Shown here: positions 52,618 to 62,335 of the stretch, in pieces
How positions within the stretch are numbered: position 1 is the first letter of the stretch
Layout of the letters: every line of letters begins with the position of its first letter
Assembly: GCA_963747475.1 (NCBI GenBank)
Contig: CAVVFE010000007.1
Location: 23,963-87,962 of the forward strand
DNA length: 64,000 bases
Origin: an uncultured Bacteriovoracaceae bacterium
Lineage (GTDB): Bacteria; Bdellovibrionota; Bacteriovoracia; Bacteriovoracales; Bacteriovoracaceae
Direction: 5' to 3'
Translations under genes and position numbers: made by a program
Notes under the pieces: generated by a model
Database searches by the model: none
Seen by the model: the letters and a program-made list of their open reading frames with translations, nothing else
What the model was told of the DNA's origin: nothing

Positions 52618-52751
52618 AGCTCTCTAAATGAAATTAACTGATCTTAAGTTATAGACGCGCACTGTAATTGATGATTGAGAAATTGGCAATAACGTCCACA
52701 GAGACCTTAAAAAAATTTAGGTATTTTTTTTCATATCTTGGATTTTAAATG

Positions 52752-52780
52752 TTGACTTTTCTCTTAAGGAAATCTAAATT
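52752..52780 (+). promoter_or_regulatory. Sigma-70-type promoter for the tRNA-Lys/tRNA-Glu pair
   Basis: TTGACT (52752-52757), a 17-nt spacer, then TAAATT (52775-52780), about 24 nt upstream of tRNA-Lys. Confidence 0.5.
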
Positions 52781-52803
52781 AGGTTTCACGTTTTTAAGGT
52801 GAC

Positions 52804-52880
52804 GGTCTCGTAGCTCAGTTGGTTAGAGCATCTCCCTTTTAAGGAGAGGGTCCTGTGTTCGAGTCACAGCGAGATCACCA
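52804..52880 (+). tRNA. tRNA-Lys (anticodon UUU)
   Basis: Hand-folded cloverleaf: acceptor GGTCTCG/CGAGATC, D stem GCTC/GAGC, anticodon stem TCTCC/GGAGA with loop CTTTTAA, T arm CTGTG-TTCGAGT-CACAG, and an encoded CCA. Confidence 0.9.
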
Positions 52881-52908
52881 TCTTAAAACGTAAAGACGAT
52901 CAGTAAAT

Positions 52909-52986
52909 GCTCCCATCGTCTAGCCCGGTCTAGGACATCGCCTTTTCACGGCGGTAACAGGGGTTCGAATCCCCTTGGGAGTGCCA
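52909..52986 (+). tRNA. tRNA-Glu (anticodon UUC)
   Basis: Hand-folded cloverleaf: acceptor GCTCCCA/TGGGAGT, anticodon loop TTTTCAC, T arm AGGGG-TTCGAAT-CCCCT, and an encoded CCA. Confidence 0.9.
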
Positions 52987-53000
52987 AAAATAATAAAAAA

Positions 53001-53027
53001 GCCTGTCTTCGGACAGGCTTTTTTTTT
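53001..53027 (+). terminator. Rho-independent terminator after the tRNA pair
   Basis: GCCTGTC-ttcg-GACAGGC is followed by T9. Confidence 0.8.
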
Positions 53028-53104
53028 GTTCTCCAAAAGTGAAGTAACTAGTCATCTTCTTTTGACACCTTTTCTTAGGCCCGTCCCATTGCTTGCCCCT
53101 CTCT

Positions 53105-54119
53105 TCAAGCTCCTGCATTTCTCTTAGGTCTTCCTTTGGACTCGTCCACAGGCTCTTGATCTTCGTCTTTGGGAGCGAACTCCAAGGAAAAGAGAAGTGG
53201 GAAATGATCTGAGCCAGTATCAGGAAGCCTCGTTAAGTCGGAGTAATAAAAGGAATCAGAGTGAAAGAAGTGATCCAGAGGCGCTCTCATAACAGGGTTC
53301 CAAGTGGGGAAACTATTATAAAGGCCTCGCCCGACTCTAGGGTCAAGAAGCTCGCCTGTCCTTTTAAAAAGCCTAGTTGTGTGCGACCACGCGACATCAT
53401 TGAAGTCGCCCACAACAAGAACATGCGGCAGCTTTCTAGCAAGCTCGGCAATTTTCATGAGCTCAGAGTCACTCTCAATAGAGTCCCCCTCTTTCGGCCT
53501 TGGCGGCCTGGGGTGCACTCCAAAAAGAACGAATTCTTGACCTTTTCTAAACTCCATCAAGGCGTGAATCGATGGGACTCTTTCGTCCACAAGAAATTTC
53601 ACTTCATGCTCCTTTATTTTAAGCTTTGAATACAAGAGCATTCCATAAGTATTGTCTTGAGGAGCAAGAACCTGGTAGGGATATTTATCTTTGAGGCCTC
53701 TTAGGTTTTGTTCCCAAGCTTTTCCAGTTTCCACTAAAAAGATTATGTCTGGATCATGCTTTTTAAAAAGCTTCATGGTCTTTTCATATTCCGTGTTCTT
53801 TGCCCGAACATTAAAGGTGAGAACCTTCACAGCGCGGCGCCCCCGCTCTGTAGGCAGAGACTCCTTCTCATGAAAGATGGTATAGGGGAATATTCGATAT
53901 AAGTCGAGGCCCAGAGTCAGTGACGAGGCCCAAAACCAGGACAGTTTGGACGACGCCATTTCTATAAAAAGCCACCTCTAGCGCAAGACAAAGAAGGGCG
54001 AGGACGAATAATTGCAGACGGGGAAAATCCAGCGCCCTCACGGGCCATAGCCCTGTGTTCCACAAGGGAAGAAGACTTCCCGCAATGAGCAAAATAGAAA
54101 AGACATGGAGAACCTTCAC
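53105..54119 (-). CDS. Endonuclease/exonuclease/phosphatase (EEP) family protein with N-terminal membrane anchor (frame break near 53870-53960)
   Basis: Motifs VLTFNVRAKN, DIIFLVET, GDFNDVAWSH and GSDHFPL are present. The N-terminal TM helices lie in ORF 53868-54119. Confidence 0.7.
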
Positions 54120-54806
54120 CTAATCAAGCTCCTCGATAAAGCTCTTTGCCTTTTTGTTGGAGACTTCAATCTCTCTCATCAGGTCTTTCATGTCTTTCTC
54201 TATGCTTTGGAACTCGCTTTTGAAATTTCCAATCATCTTCGCGTTTAAGTTGTGCTTGAGATAAATGACTCTGTCCTTAAACTTCGCCAGCACGCCTTCT
54301 AGTTGAGTCTCCACTTTCCTCATATTTTTAAGAGTTTCTGAAAAGCGAACTTTTGTTGTCGAAAGCTTGGCCTTGCTCTGTGATTTGTACTTTTTGTTTT
54401 TGAGCTCGTTTGCCTCGTTTTTCCACTCTAGAAATAAATCGCTTGCGATGTCCTCAATTTTGTCAATCCGCTCACTCAGGTCCTCTTTTTGTTCGACCGA
54501 GTCTTCATAATCGTCCTTAAGACCGTCATAGGTCTCTTCAAGTCTCCCCTCTTCAAAGCTGTATTCATGCCTTATCTTTGCAAGTGTGCTTTCAAACTTC
54601 TCCTTCACATCAGTTTGTTCTTCCTGAGCGGCCTGCATATTGCTCTGGAGAAGGTCTCGCTTTTCCTTGCCCATAGTCTCCCAAAAACTATAGTAAGCAG
54701 TAGAGCAGGACACAGTGAGTAAGAGAAGAAAATGGCCAAACTTCAAAAGGCCTCCATCGTTGTTTGAATCGCTTAAATTATAACTTCCCGCCGCGCTTTT
54801 ACGCAA
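54120..54806 (-). CDS. Coiled-coil lipoprotein, DUF2959-like
   Basis: Intact ORF with a lipobox-like LLLLTVSC. The helical E/K-rich body (..KRDLLQSNMQAAQEEQ..FLEWKNE..) resembles DUF2959 proteins from memory. Confidence 0.45.
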   Translation of the reverse strand: MRKSAAGSYNLSDSNNDGGLLKFGHFLLLLTVSCSTAYYSFWETMGKEKRDLLQSNMQAAQEEQTDVKEKFESTLAKIRHEYSFEEGRLEETYDGLKDDYEDSVEQKEDLSERIDKIEDIASDLFLEWKNEANELKNKKYKSQSKAKLSTTKVRFSETLKNMRKVETQLEGVLAKFKDRVIYLKHNLNAKMIGNFKSEFQSIEKDMKDLMREIEVSNKKAKSFIEELD

Positions 54807-54877
54807 AGTTCCGCCTTTAATTCCCGCTATGTAAAACCATTGTACAATTTTGAAGACTTATTGGGCCTGGACAAAGC

Positions 54878-55800
54878 TTAGTTTAGCATGTCCACCCGAG
54901 GAGAGAGGAAATGATGCGACCTATCGATAGAGGTCAGATACTTCTTATAGCTTTTGGAGACAAGATTCTCCACTTCTTCCAAAGTTATGTCTGATTTATT
55001 AATCACCACTAGGCGATGCTGAAATGACCTATGACTCACCGGACTTGTCTCTATTCCTATGAATATAGATCTGGCCTTTTCAGGGCCAACACCAGGCGCT
55101 ATAAGCAGCTCTTTTCTTATAAACTTCTCAGCTCCTTCTGCGACCTCAATCGAGTGAAGACAATTCGCTTCTCTTAACGAGTTCACCTGTGGCCTTATAA
55201 GTGGGCTTCACAGAGGTCACTCTTAGCCTACTGGCCTCGGGATGCGCGGTGACCCTTTTAAAATAATTGTCGAATCCGCTTTCTCTATATTCTTTCCATT
55301 TGGCCTTGTATTCTTTAATGGACTTTCTAACGGACGCAAGCTCCTCATGAAGGGCCCTCCGTTCTTGATCAGTGACTTTTCTCTTTTTTTCAGAAATTCC
55401 AAAGCGTCGTCAAAAACAAAAAGAGCGTCATCCCCTGAGGTGTGAGAAGCGTACTGGGCGAGGGAGAACTCAAGATCAGGCCCAAAGCCGCGCTCCACAT
55501 GCTCATAAAAAGAATTGAGCTTCTTGTCCGCCTTCCAGAACGCCTCCCTAGAGGCCTTTATCACCTCCTCGATTTGTCCAAGTGATTGACGGCCTTCATA
55601 GTCTCCATGAGTCCCTCGGCGCCCATCTGCCCAATGTCCACCGAGTAGACTATTCCTGTGGTGGCGTTAGGGCTAAGGCTCACAGTTCCAGGGACGAGAA
55701 CAGAGGCGGTGATTTTATCGATGTCCCCAATATAGTCGTATATAAGATTCGCCTCATTGGCCGTTTACACGAGGAAAGACCTGTTTGACCTCATCCAAAA
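54878..55800 (-). CDS. Hypothetical protein (reconstructed across several frame breaks)
   Basis: The pieces are ..NEANLIYDYIGDIDKITASVLVPGTVSLSPNATTGIVYSVDIGQMGAEGLMET.., ORF 55223-55564 and ORF 54878-55186. No family recognised, and the boundaries are uncertain. Confidence 0.3.
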
Positions 55801-55812
55801 ATCCTTGTCCTG

Positions 55813-56558
55813 TTAGAGCTCTTCCTGAGCGAGGTTGATCATGTCCAGACTCAAAGTGACCTGCCCGTCAGGCCATGTTTTAAAGATTCCCTCTGCCGGA
55901 CATCCGCTCCTGAATCAGCCTTCCATCTTGAAGACTTCTGACCAATCAGCTTTTGGCATTCTTCAGCAAATTCTGAAAAACTTCTTAGTTTCTCCGGGGG
56001 AGGTCCTTGAGAGCTTGGTGACTAAAGAGGCCTTGTCCGGCGTGGCTCCAAAGCCTCCTATCATCCAATGCTCAAGATCTTTCAGCATGAGGCGGAGGAG
56101 CGACCCCTTTTTCCGCCAACGCGCTTTCAAGCTTCGCGGCAAATTTCGCATTGGCCCTTTCAAAAGCGCCCTCGAGAGAGCGCCTCTCCTCAAAATTTGA
56201 AAGTCCCAAATTGAGAGATTTATAGTCGTGATATTTAAGCTTGATCTTAGCGTAGATTTGAGGCTCCGTCTCTCTTAGCTCCTTTAAAAACATTTCTTGA
56301 AAAGAGATGGAAAGGCTATAGGACTCGCCTTTGTCCTTAAGAATGCTATCGTTAAGCTCTTTCATCAGTCGATTTTCCACGCGGAAAAAAGTTATTCCTT
56401 CCAACTCGCCTTCTTTTACAGCATTATGAATTTGCTATTTTCTTTAAAGACAGAGCCTTGAAAACCATAGAACTCTTTTCTCCTAAGCAAGCGAGTGTCG
56501 ATGACAGAAGAAATATTAGAGAAGGCCTCAGAACAGAAGTCCTGGGCATGAGACGCAT
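55813..56558 (-). CDS. Hypothetical lipoprotein (frameshifted)
   Basis: The ATG at 56558 begins MRLMPRTSVLRPSLIFLLSSTLAC (lipobox). The protein continues in ORF 56072-56404 and in shifted frames down to the TAA at 55813-55815. Confidence 0.4.
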
Positions 56559-56594
56559 GCCTCCCACGAGGAAGGCGGCGATAAGAAGAAATAA

Positions 56595-56632
56595 AAATGC
56601 GCTCTTCGATAAGTCACATTTGACTTATCGGA
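56595..56632 (-). terminator. Hairpin (possible terminator or processing site) after the rimK-like gene
   Basis: A perfect 10-bp inverted repeat CGATAAGTCA/TGACTTATCG lies at 56607-56630. On the minus strand a T-rich stretch begins only about 8 nt after the stem. Confidence 0.35.
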
Positions 56633-56647
56633 TTATTAAGAAAATTC

Positions 56648-58174
56648 TTATGCTCCTGAGCGTTTCAGTCTGGTTTTATCGATAAACCATTCGACAAGCC
56701 GATCATAGAGCTCGTCTCCAAACTCTTTGTCCTCAATGCCGGCGTCTATATTGGGATTGTCATTGATTTCCACAACATAAATATTTCCTTCGCTGTCCTC
56801 TTTGAGGTCCACTCCATAAAGCCCGTCCCTAATTTGGGAGGCGGCCTGGGTGGCGATTTTCAGAACTTTTTCGGGAGCGTTTTCGACTGGCAAAAGTCTC
56901 AAAGTCTCCGCTAAAGGCGTCGCTCTTCGAGTCCTTTATCATGATTATAGATCTGCCAATGGCCGGTACTCATATAGTACTTGCAAACGAAGAATGGCGC
57001 TCTTGCCAAGCACTCCAACTCTCCAATCGAAGGGCGTAAATAAAAATTTTTGGACCAAGACAAGGTCGCTCTTTTTTCAGGAACTCGGAGATAATCTCTT
57101 TTGCCTCTTCTTTTGTTTTCGCTTTTTTCACGCCTACACTAAAAGACCCGTCTGGGACTTTAATGACAAGGGGAAGCCCAAACTTCGCCTCCAGATCATC
57201 AATGGTCTTTTTCTTAGCATCGTGAACAAAAGTCCCCTGGAATGGAAGCGATCTTCGCTCGCTCTAGAAGGTTAGAAATGTATATTTTATTGGTGCATTT
57301 CAAGGATGCGTCTCAGGGTCGTCCATGACGGCGATGCCTTCACTTTCGGCCTTCTGAGCAAATCGATAAGTGGAGTTTCTTATAGAAGTCGTTTTCCTAA
57401 TAAAAAGAGCGTCAAATTCACTAAGCCTGCCAATGTCCTTTCCAGTGATAAATTCGCACCACACGCCCTTTTTCTCGCAAGCGCTTTTAAAGCGTTCAAG
57501 CGCCTTCTCATCGCTTGGGCGCCTGCGCCTCCTCCGGGTCAACAAGCACGGCAAGCTCCATCTTGTAAGTTTTTCTGGCCTTGGGAAGCCGCCAAATCTT
57601 GGAGCTATAGGAGTCCAAGCTCTTCGCAAAGAAGTCTTCCTCTTTCTTCAGCCAGAGCGGCAATTGAAACGGGCGCCACTCTATGAATTTTCAGTCTTCC
57701 GTTTTTATGTCCCAACAGTGACTTGCAATAAAGGACATGGGTAGTATTCAAAAATTTTGCGTCCAATAGCCTCAAACTTTTTCTCTCTGGGTCTTGGAGA
57801 AGAAGATGGTAAAAGAAGCCTCTTCGCCAGCGTTTATTTGCAGAGTCTTTCCGAAGGCCTCCATGTCCCTCATGAAAGTCGGCCAAATCATGAAGGTAAA
57901 CCTGCTTTTTGCCCAAGTCATTTAAGGTCTTCAAAGAGGGCAAGACGCGGTGGCCTCTCGCTTCAGCAAGCATGCTACAGTAATATCCGCGCTTTAAGTA
58001 TCCCGTTTTAGAACAAAGGTTTATCAATCGAAGGCCCTTATTTTCCTGGAAAGAGGGATCAAAAAGATAGCTCTGAACGGAGACGACTTGATCAGTCGGG
58101 AAATAAGGTCTCCAGTCGTCCAACTCATCAACAACAATTATAAAATTTGTGTCCACAGGGGCCCGCTTTTCCAT
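56648..58174 (-). CDS. RimK-type ATP-grasp ligase with N-terminal RLAN-like domain (frameshifted)
   Basis: ORF 57605-58174 resembles the RimK-like ATP-grasp N-terminal (RLAN) domain. ORF 57300-57629 is the pre-ATP-grasp region (..GVWCEFITGKDIGRLSEFDALFIRKTTS..). ORF 56648-56902 is the ATP-grasp C-terminus (..YGVDLKEDSEGNIYVVEINDNPNIDAGIED..). Confidence 0.7.
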
Positions 58175-58230
58175 TATAGTTAACTCACTCCCTCATACCT
58201 TCAGAGGAATGAGATTAGTAAATATGAGAA

Positions 58231-59332
58231 TTGCTAAAAATGGAAGATATAAAATATCGCCCCGCTTGCCTTGACGACCTCCCCCTTTTAGTCGAACTGG
58301 AAAACGCGTGTTTTGAATATGACCGGCTCACCGACGCAAATTTTCGTCATATGATTAAAAAGGCCAACGCGGACGTTATCGTTCAGGTTTTTGATGGCGT
58401 CATTGCTGGCTATGGCGTGCTTCTTTACAGGAAGGGGACCTCTCTCTGTCGATTATATTCCCTAGCGGTCTCACCTAAACTTAGAGGCAAAGGCCTGGGC
58501 GCCAAGCTTCTTAGACGCTTAGAAAAGACCGCTCACGACCGAGGCATGAGCTATCTGCGCCTTGAAGTCAAAAAAGACAACCGGCCAGCGATCACGCTTT
58601 ACGAGAGCAAGGGCTATGTCCAATTTATGGTCAAGCCTGATTACTATGACGATCATAGCGACGCCTTGTGCTTGGAAAAGCCTGTGCAAAAAAACACAGA
58701 GGGCCTTAAAATTAAGGTCCCTTTCTATAGGCAGACCACCGACTTTACTTGCGGCCCCTCTGCTCTTCTTATGGCGATGAAAAGCCTTGAGCCATCGAGA
58801 AAAAACGAGCGCATCGAAGAAATCCAAATTTGGCGAGAGGCCACTACTATATTTATGACGTCAGGACACGGAGGGTGCGGTCCTCATGGGCTGGCGCTTG
58901 GCGCCTTTAAGAGGGGCTTTAGCCCGAGCTCCATTTCAACACGACAAGATTCTTTTTATCGAGGGCGTCGGCAAAAAGAAAAAAAAGAAATTATAAAGCT
59001 CGCTCAAGACGGCTTTGAAAAAGAGATCAAGGCCAATCACATTCAAATGAGCCATGATCTCAGCTGGAGATCACTTGAGGAGATTATTAAGCGCGGCGGC
59101 GTGCCCCTTGTTCTTATTAGCTCTTATCGCCTCACTAATAGCAAGGTCCCCCACTGGGTGGTGGTGTCAGGAATCTCCGAAGACTTTGTTTTCTTTAATG
59201 ATCCCTATATTGAAGAAGGCGATACAGTGGTCTCCAACTCCGACATCCCCATTCGACAAAGACGAATTTGAGAGGATGGCCCAGTATGGAGGAAAGCAGG
59301 TCAAGTCCATTCTTGCCCTCTTTAAAGACTGA
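58231..59332 (+). CDS. GNAT N-acetyltransferase fused to a papain-fold (C39-like) cysteine peptidase domain (frame breaks near 58930-58990 and 59250)
   Basis: The GNAT core reads ..LYSLAVSPKLRGKGLGAKLLRRLE..RLEVKKDNRPAITLYESKGY... The peptidase motifs are FYRQTTDFTCGPSALL (Cys at about 58750) and KVPHWVVVSG (His at about 59152). The shifted C-terminus ..FDKDEFERMAQYGGKQV.. ends at 59332. Confidence 0.7.
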
Positions 59333-59368
59333 TTTGGTGAAATTTGCGCATTATACTATAATAGAGAT

Positions 59369-60589
59369 ATGAAAATTAAAGATTCAGGTTTTTCTTTGGT
59401 AAGTGTTCTTATGGCCACTGCTCTTATGGGCGGTCTTGCAGTTATGTTTATGCAGATGATGAAAAACATGAATCAAGGACAGGGCTATGTAGAGGCGGCC
59501 GCCGAAGAAGTTGCCCTGAGAAATGAAATCGACATGATCCTTGGTAATCCAAAGTTTTGCAGAGTTAGCCTAGCAGGGCCAGGACCCGCGGGCTCACCAA
59601 CAAGCCCTGAAACTTTTTTCAAGCGAGACATTACCGATCTTGAAAATGACCCAGGCAAAGAGGTTGAGCTATGGTTAGCTGATACCACAGGAGAAGAAAG
59701 AACAAACAAAAAGTTTGATGCTTTAGATCCAGCTAAGAACAAATATGGCAAACTCAAATTAAAAGAGATCAAATTATATATGACCAATGGGGACGATCAA
59801 AACTACCCCGACGCCAGCTATCATGATGACATGGGAGAGCTCCTTGTTAAGTATGAAAAGCCAATAGGAAGCAATAAAACAAGAGAGATGGTCGCCAAGT
59901 TTCCGCTCACAGTCGGCATGAGCACCACCTCAGGAGAGACCACAATAGTATCTTGCTCCAAATCTGCTGGAGGGAACTCAGCGTCGCTAACTGGGTACTC
60001 TTCGAACTGTAGGATTCGCTTGTCCCACAGGGACAATACTGATCCATGGAGACACTCGCCCTATTTAGACATGTCAAAGCCTGGTTTTGTTGGCATTAGA
60101 CAAGATGGACGCATGAATAGTGATGACAGACTTAGAGTTCGGATGTCCAACTGTGGATTTACTGAAATTGATAACTACCTTAAAAATTGTCGCTTTGGTC
60201 TTGGTAGACGGGACACAATGCACAGCTCAACTCCTAATCCCACACCCGACACTTCATCAGAAGGATTATTGAATATAGGTGTAACTTATCACGTTCCAAT
60301 CGGAACTGTAGAGTACGACGACCATTTCTACTTTAGATTAAGATGCCCCGCCGGGCCCAATCCTGAACTTCATGACTATATGAAAAAAAATTGCATGGTA
60401 TGCATGGGTCAGTCAGATCTCCATAGGCCAAGTCCAGACACCTCTGCCTGCTCACAGATACAGGACTCGACGGGCACAAAATGGGACAGGTTTGGGATCG
60501 ACGGCGAAACTGACGGAGATGACTTATTTTTCTTTGGCTTTTTCTGTGGTTATTACGCCCCCATTGTCCAAGGCATTAAAGTGAACTAA
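59369..60589 (+). CDS. Large type IV pilin/pseudopilin-like protein with atypical N-terminus and three Cys-bounded C-terminal modules
   Basis: Intact 406-aa ORF. MKIKDSG|FSLVSVLMATALMGGLAVMFM resembles a prepilin leader plus hydrophobic helix, but position +5 is Ser rather than Glu. Confidence 0.6.
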   Translation: MKIKDSGFSLVSVLMATALMGGLAVMFMQMMKNMNQGQGYVEAAAEEVALRNEIDMILGNPKFCRVSLAGPGPAGSPTSPETFFKRDITDLENDPGKEVELWLADTTGEERTNKKFDALDPAKNKYGKLKLKEIKLYMTNGDDQNYPDASYHDDMGELLVKYEKPIGSNKTREMVAKFPLTVGMSTTSGETTIVSCSKSAGGNSASLTGYSSNCRIRLSHRDNTDPWRHSPYLDMSKPGFVGIRQDGRMNSDDRLRVRMSNCGFTEIDNYLKNCRFGLGRRDTMHSSTPNPTPDTSSEGLLNIGVTYHVPIGTVEYDDHFYFRLRCPAGPNPELHDYMKKNCMVCMGQSDLHRPSPDTSACSQIQDSTGTKWDRFGIDGETDGDDLFFFGFFCGYYAPIVQGIKVN

Positions 60590-60599
60590 GACTTTTGCT

Positions 60600-61592
60600 T
60601 TAGTCCACCTGCTCCCATTCCCCTTTGCTACTAAGCTTATACTTTTTTGAAATCTGCGCAGCGCCCTTTGCTCCTCGAGCAGACAGGGCAATAAGAGGTT
60701 TATTGTTTTCCCAATCAATCTCCACCGCCCCAAACGTCCTCCCAAAATGAATATTTGGATAATAAAAACTAGCAAACCACTGCAGGTACCAAGGCGCTGT
60801 GTGGGTAAGTCCGCTATTGATAAATTCCAGATGACCAAAGTTCTTATATATGGAAGTGAAATGCTTATCACCTGAAAGAAAAACAACCCCCTAAGGACCT
60901 AGTAACTTTCAAGAAGCTTTAAAAGGCGCTTATGGGCTTTGGATAATCAGTCCATCCCAATGCCTTGGGCACATCATCTGACATGACAGAGATTCCGCTC
61001 ACAATAAAGTGAATCTTTGCCTCACTGCTTTTCAGCTCGTTTCAAGCCATTCCCATTGCTCTGTTCCCTAAAATGTCATTGTTCTTCTCTGGCCTGTGCA
61101 AGTGAAACCGGGTGTCGAGAAAATATTTTTGCCTGTTTCTTCCCTCGCCAAAAGAGTAAGACGCATATATGCCGTTTCTTTGTCTTCTTTTGAATTTTAG
61201 GCTCTTCAAGAAAATCAAGCAAGTGCTTTTGCGACTCGGTCTTTATCGGATTAAAGAAGTCAGCGTCATTTTCCCCATAATCATGGTCGTCCCAAGTCCC
61301 AATAATGGCGGTCTTCTTTTTAATTGTTCATAGTTAGAGTTTGTTTAATTCGCTCATAAGCTTTTTCGAGAACCGCGCCCTTTTTCGCGTCAGCATAGAC
61401 ATTGTCCCCTCCCCAAATAAAGACTTGAGGCGCAAGAGAATTGATTTCGCTCCAAAGTGCGGTTCCCCGGCGCATGATCATTACATGAACCGAAAGCAAA
61501 GCTTTTAAGCTCTTTAATATCGTTTAGCTTTTCCTGATTAGAAGTTCGCAAAGACAAGCTAGGGGAATAGGAAAATAAAAGAGCATCTTCAT
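60600..61592 (-). CDS. PhoD-like metallophosphatase (heavily frameshifted)
   Basis: Recognisable pieces are signal-like MKMLFYFPIPLACL, FAFGSCNDH, ..VFIWGGDNVYAD.., GTWDDHDYGENDA and ..FFSGDKHFTSIY..GLTHTAPW... The gene ends at the TAA at 60600-60602, and its ATG overlaps the scramblase stop (TAATG). Confidence 0.55.
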
Positions 61593-62223
61593 TAGTCAAA
61601 AAGTCCCAAAACACTCCCAGAGTTCTCCTCAAAGAAGTCAAGGTCTATGCTTAAAGTTGCGAGCAAGATGACGGCCTGTTCTTCTTCTTTCCATTCCCTT
61701 TTGGAGAGATCTGTCGCAAAGCTATCGCTATCGCTGAAAACTTCTTTCAGAACGCCGCCCCACTTTTTTGCTATCTGGCCCGCGTCCTCTCCTCTTCGTC
61801 TTGATTTGAAATGTCCAAAGCTTCCAACGAGGCGACTCTATTTTGGCGAAGACTGAGCCTCTGGAATCTAGCAGATCGTATTTGCGCTTTAAGACGCCAA
61901 AGCGAGTTTTAATTTCTCCAATAAGTTGATCGTTTTTAAAGACCCTCATTTCTGAAAAAAAGAAGAAGAACGGTCTGCGAGCAGTAAGAACAAGCTCTTT
62001 TTGGGAGTTCCAAATATCAATGTCCATTGGCCTGCGCGCTTTGAAAAAATTCTTCGTGAGAGCGCCGAGGGCCCCCTTCTCTTTCGGCCGCGTATCCCAA
62101 GGGCCGTCCCTCTTCATCAAGGATCGAGTATTTATTCGCCGTCTCCCATCCGGTGAAGATTTCTAGCTTTTCCCTAATCTGTCTAATTTTTACGAATTTT
62201 GCGTCCCCTATTAAAGATTTCAT
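61592..62223 (-). CDS. Phospholipid scramblase (PLSCR/LURP-one fold) family protein (frameshifted)
   Basis: Family-like stretches are ..KFVKIRQIREKLEIFTGWETANKYSILDEEGRPLGYAAE.., ..RRPFFFFFSEMRVFKNDQLIGEI..RKYDLLDSRGSVFAKIESP.. and the shifted tail ..IAKKWGGVLKEVFSDSDSF..LSIDLDFFEE... Confidence 0.55.
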
Positions 62224-62335
62224 GGACCTCCCTGATCATTTGCTTGGGCTCAAGCTTTGCGCGCCTGTTAGACACTTTAAGAGCCGTATTCTATAGTAAA
62301 GTCTCATTCTTAAAATTCAAACCAAAGGTTTTCCC

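Noticed and set aside
52804-62223. A genomic island integrated at the tRNA-Lys/tRNA-Glu locus, since the accessory-looking genes (EEP, lipoproteins, RimK system, pilin-like, PhoD, scramblase) lie directly downstream.
   Set aside because: I saw no integrase, recombinase or transposase, and no direct repeat of the tRNA 3' end. The only 11-nt match, ccccttgggag near 11033, lies inside the helicase gene and looks coincidental. There is no obvious compositional break by eye. This cannot be excluded without k-mer or GC-skew computation and comparative genomics.
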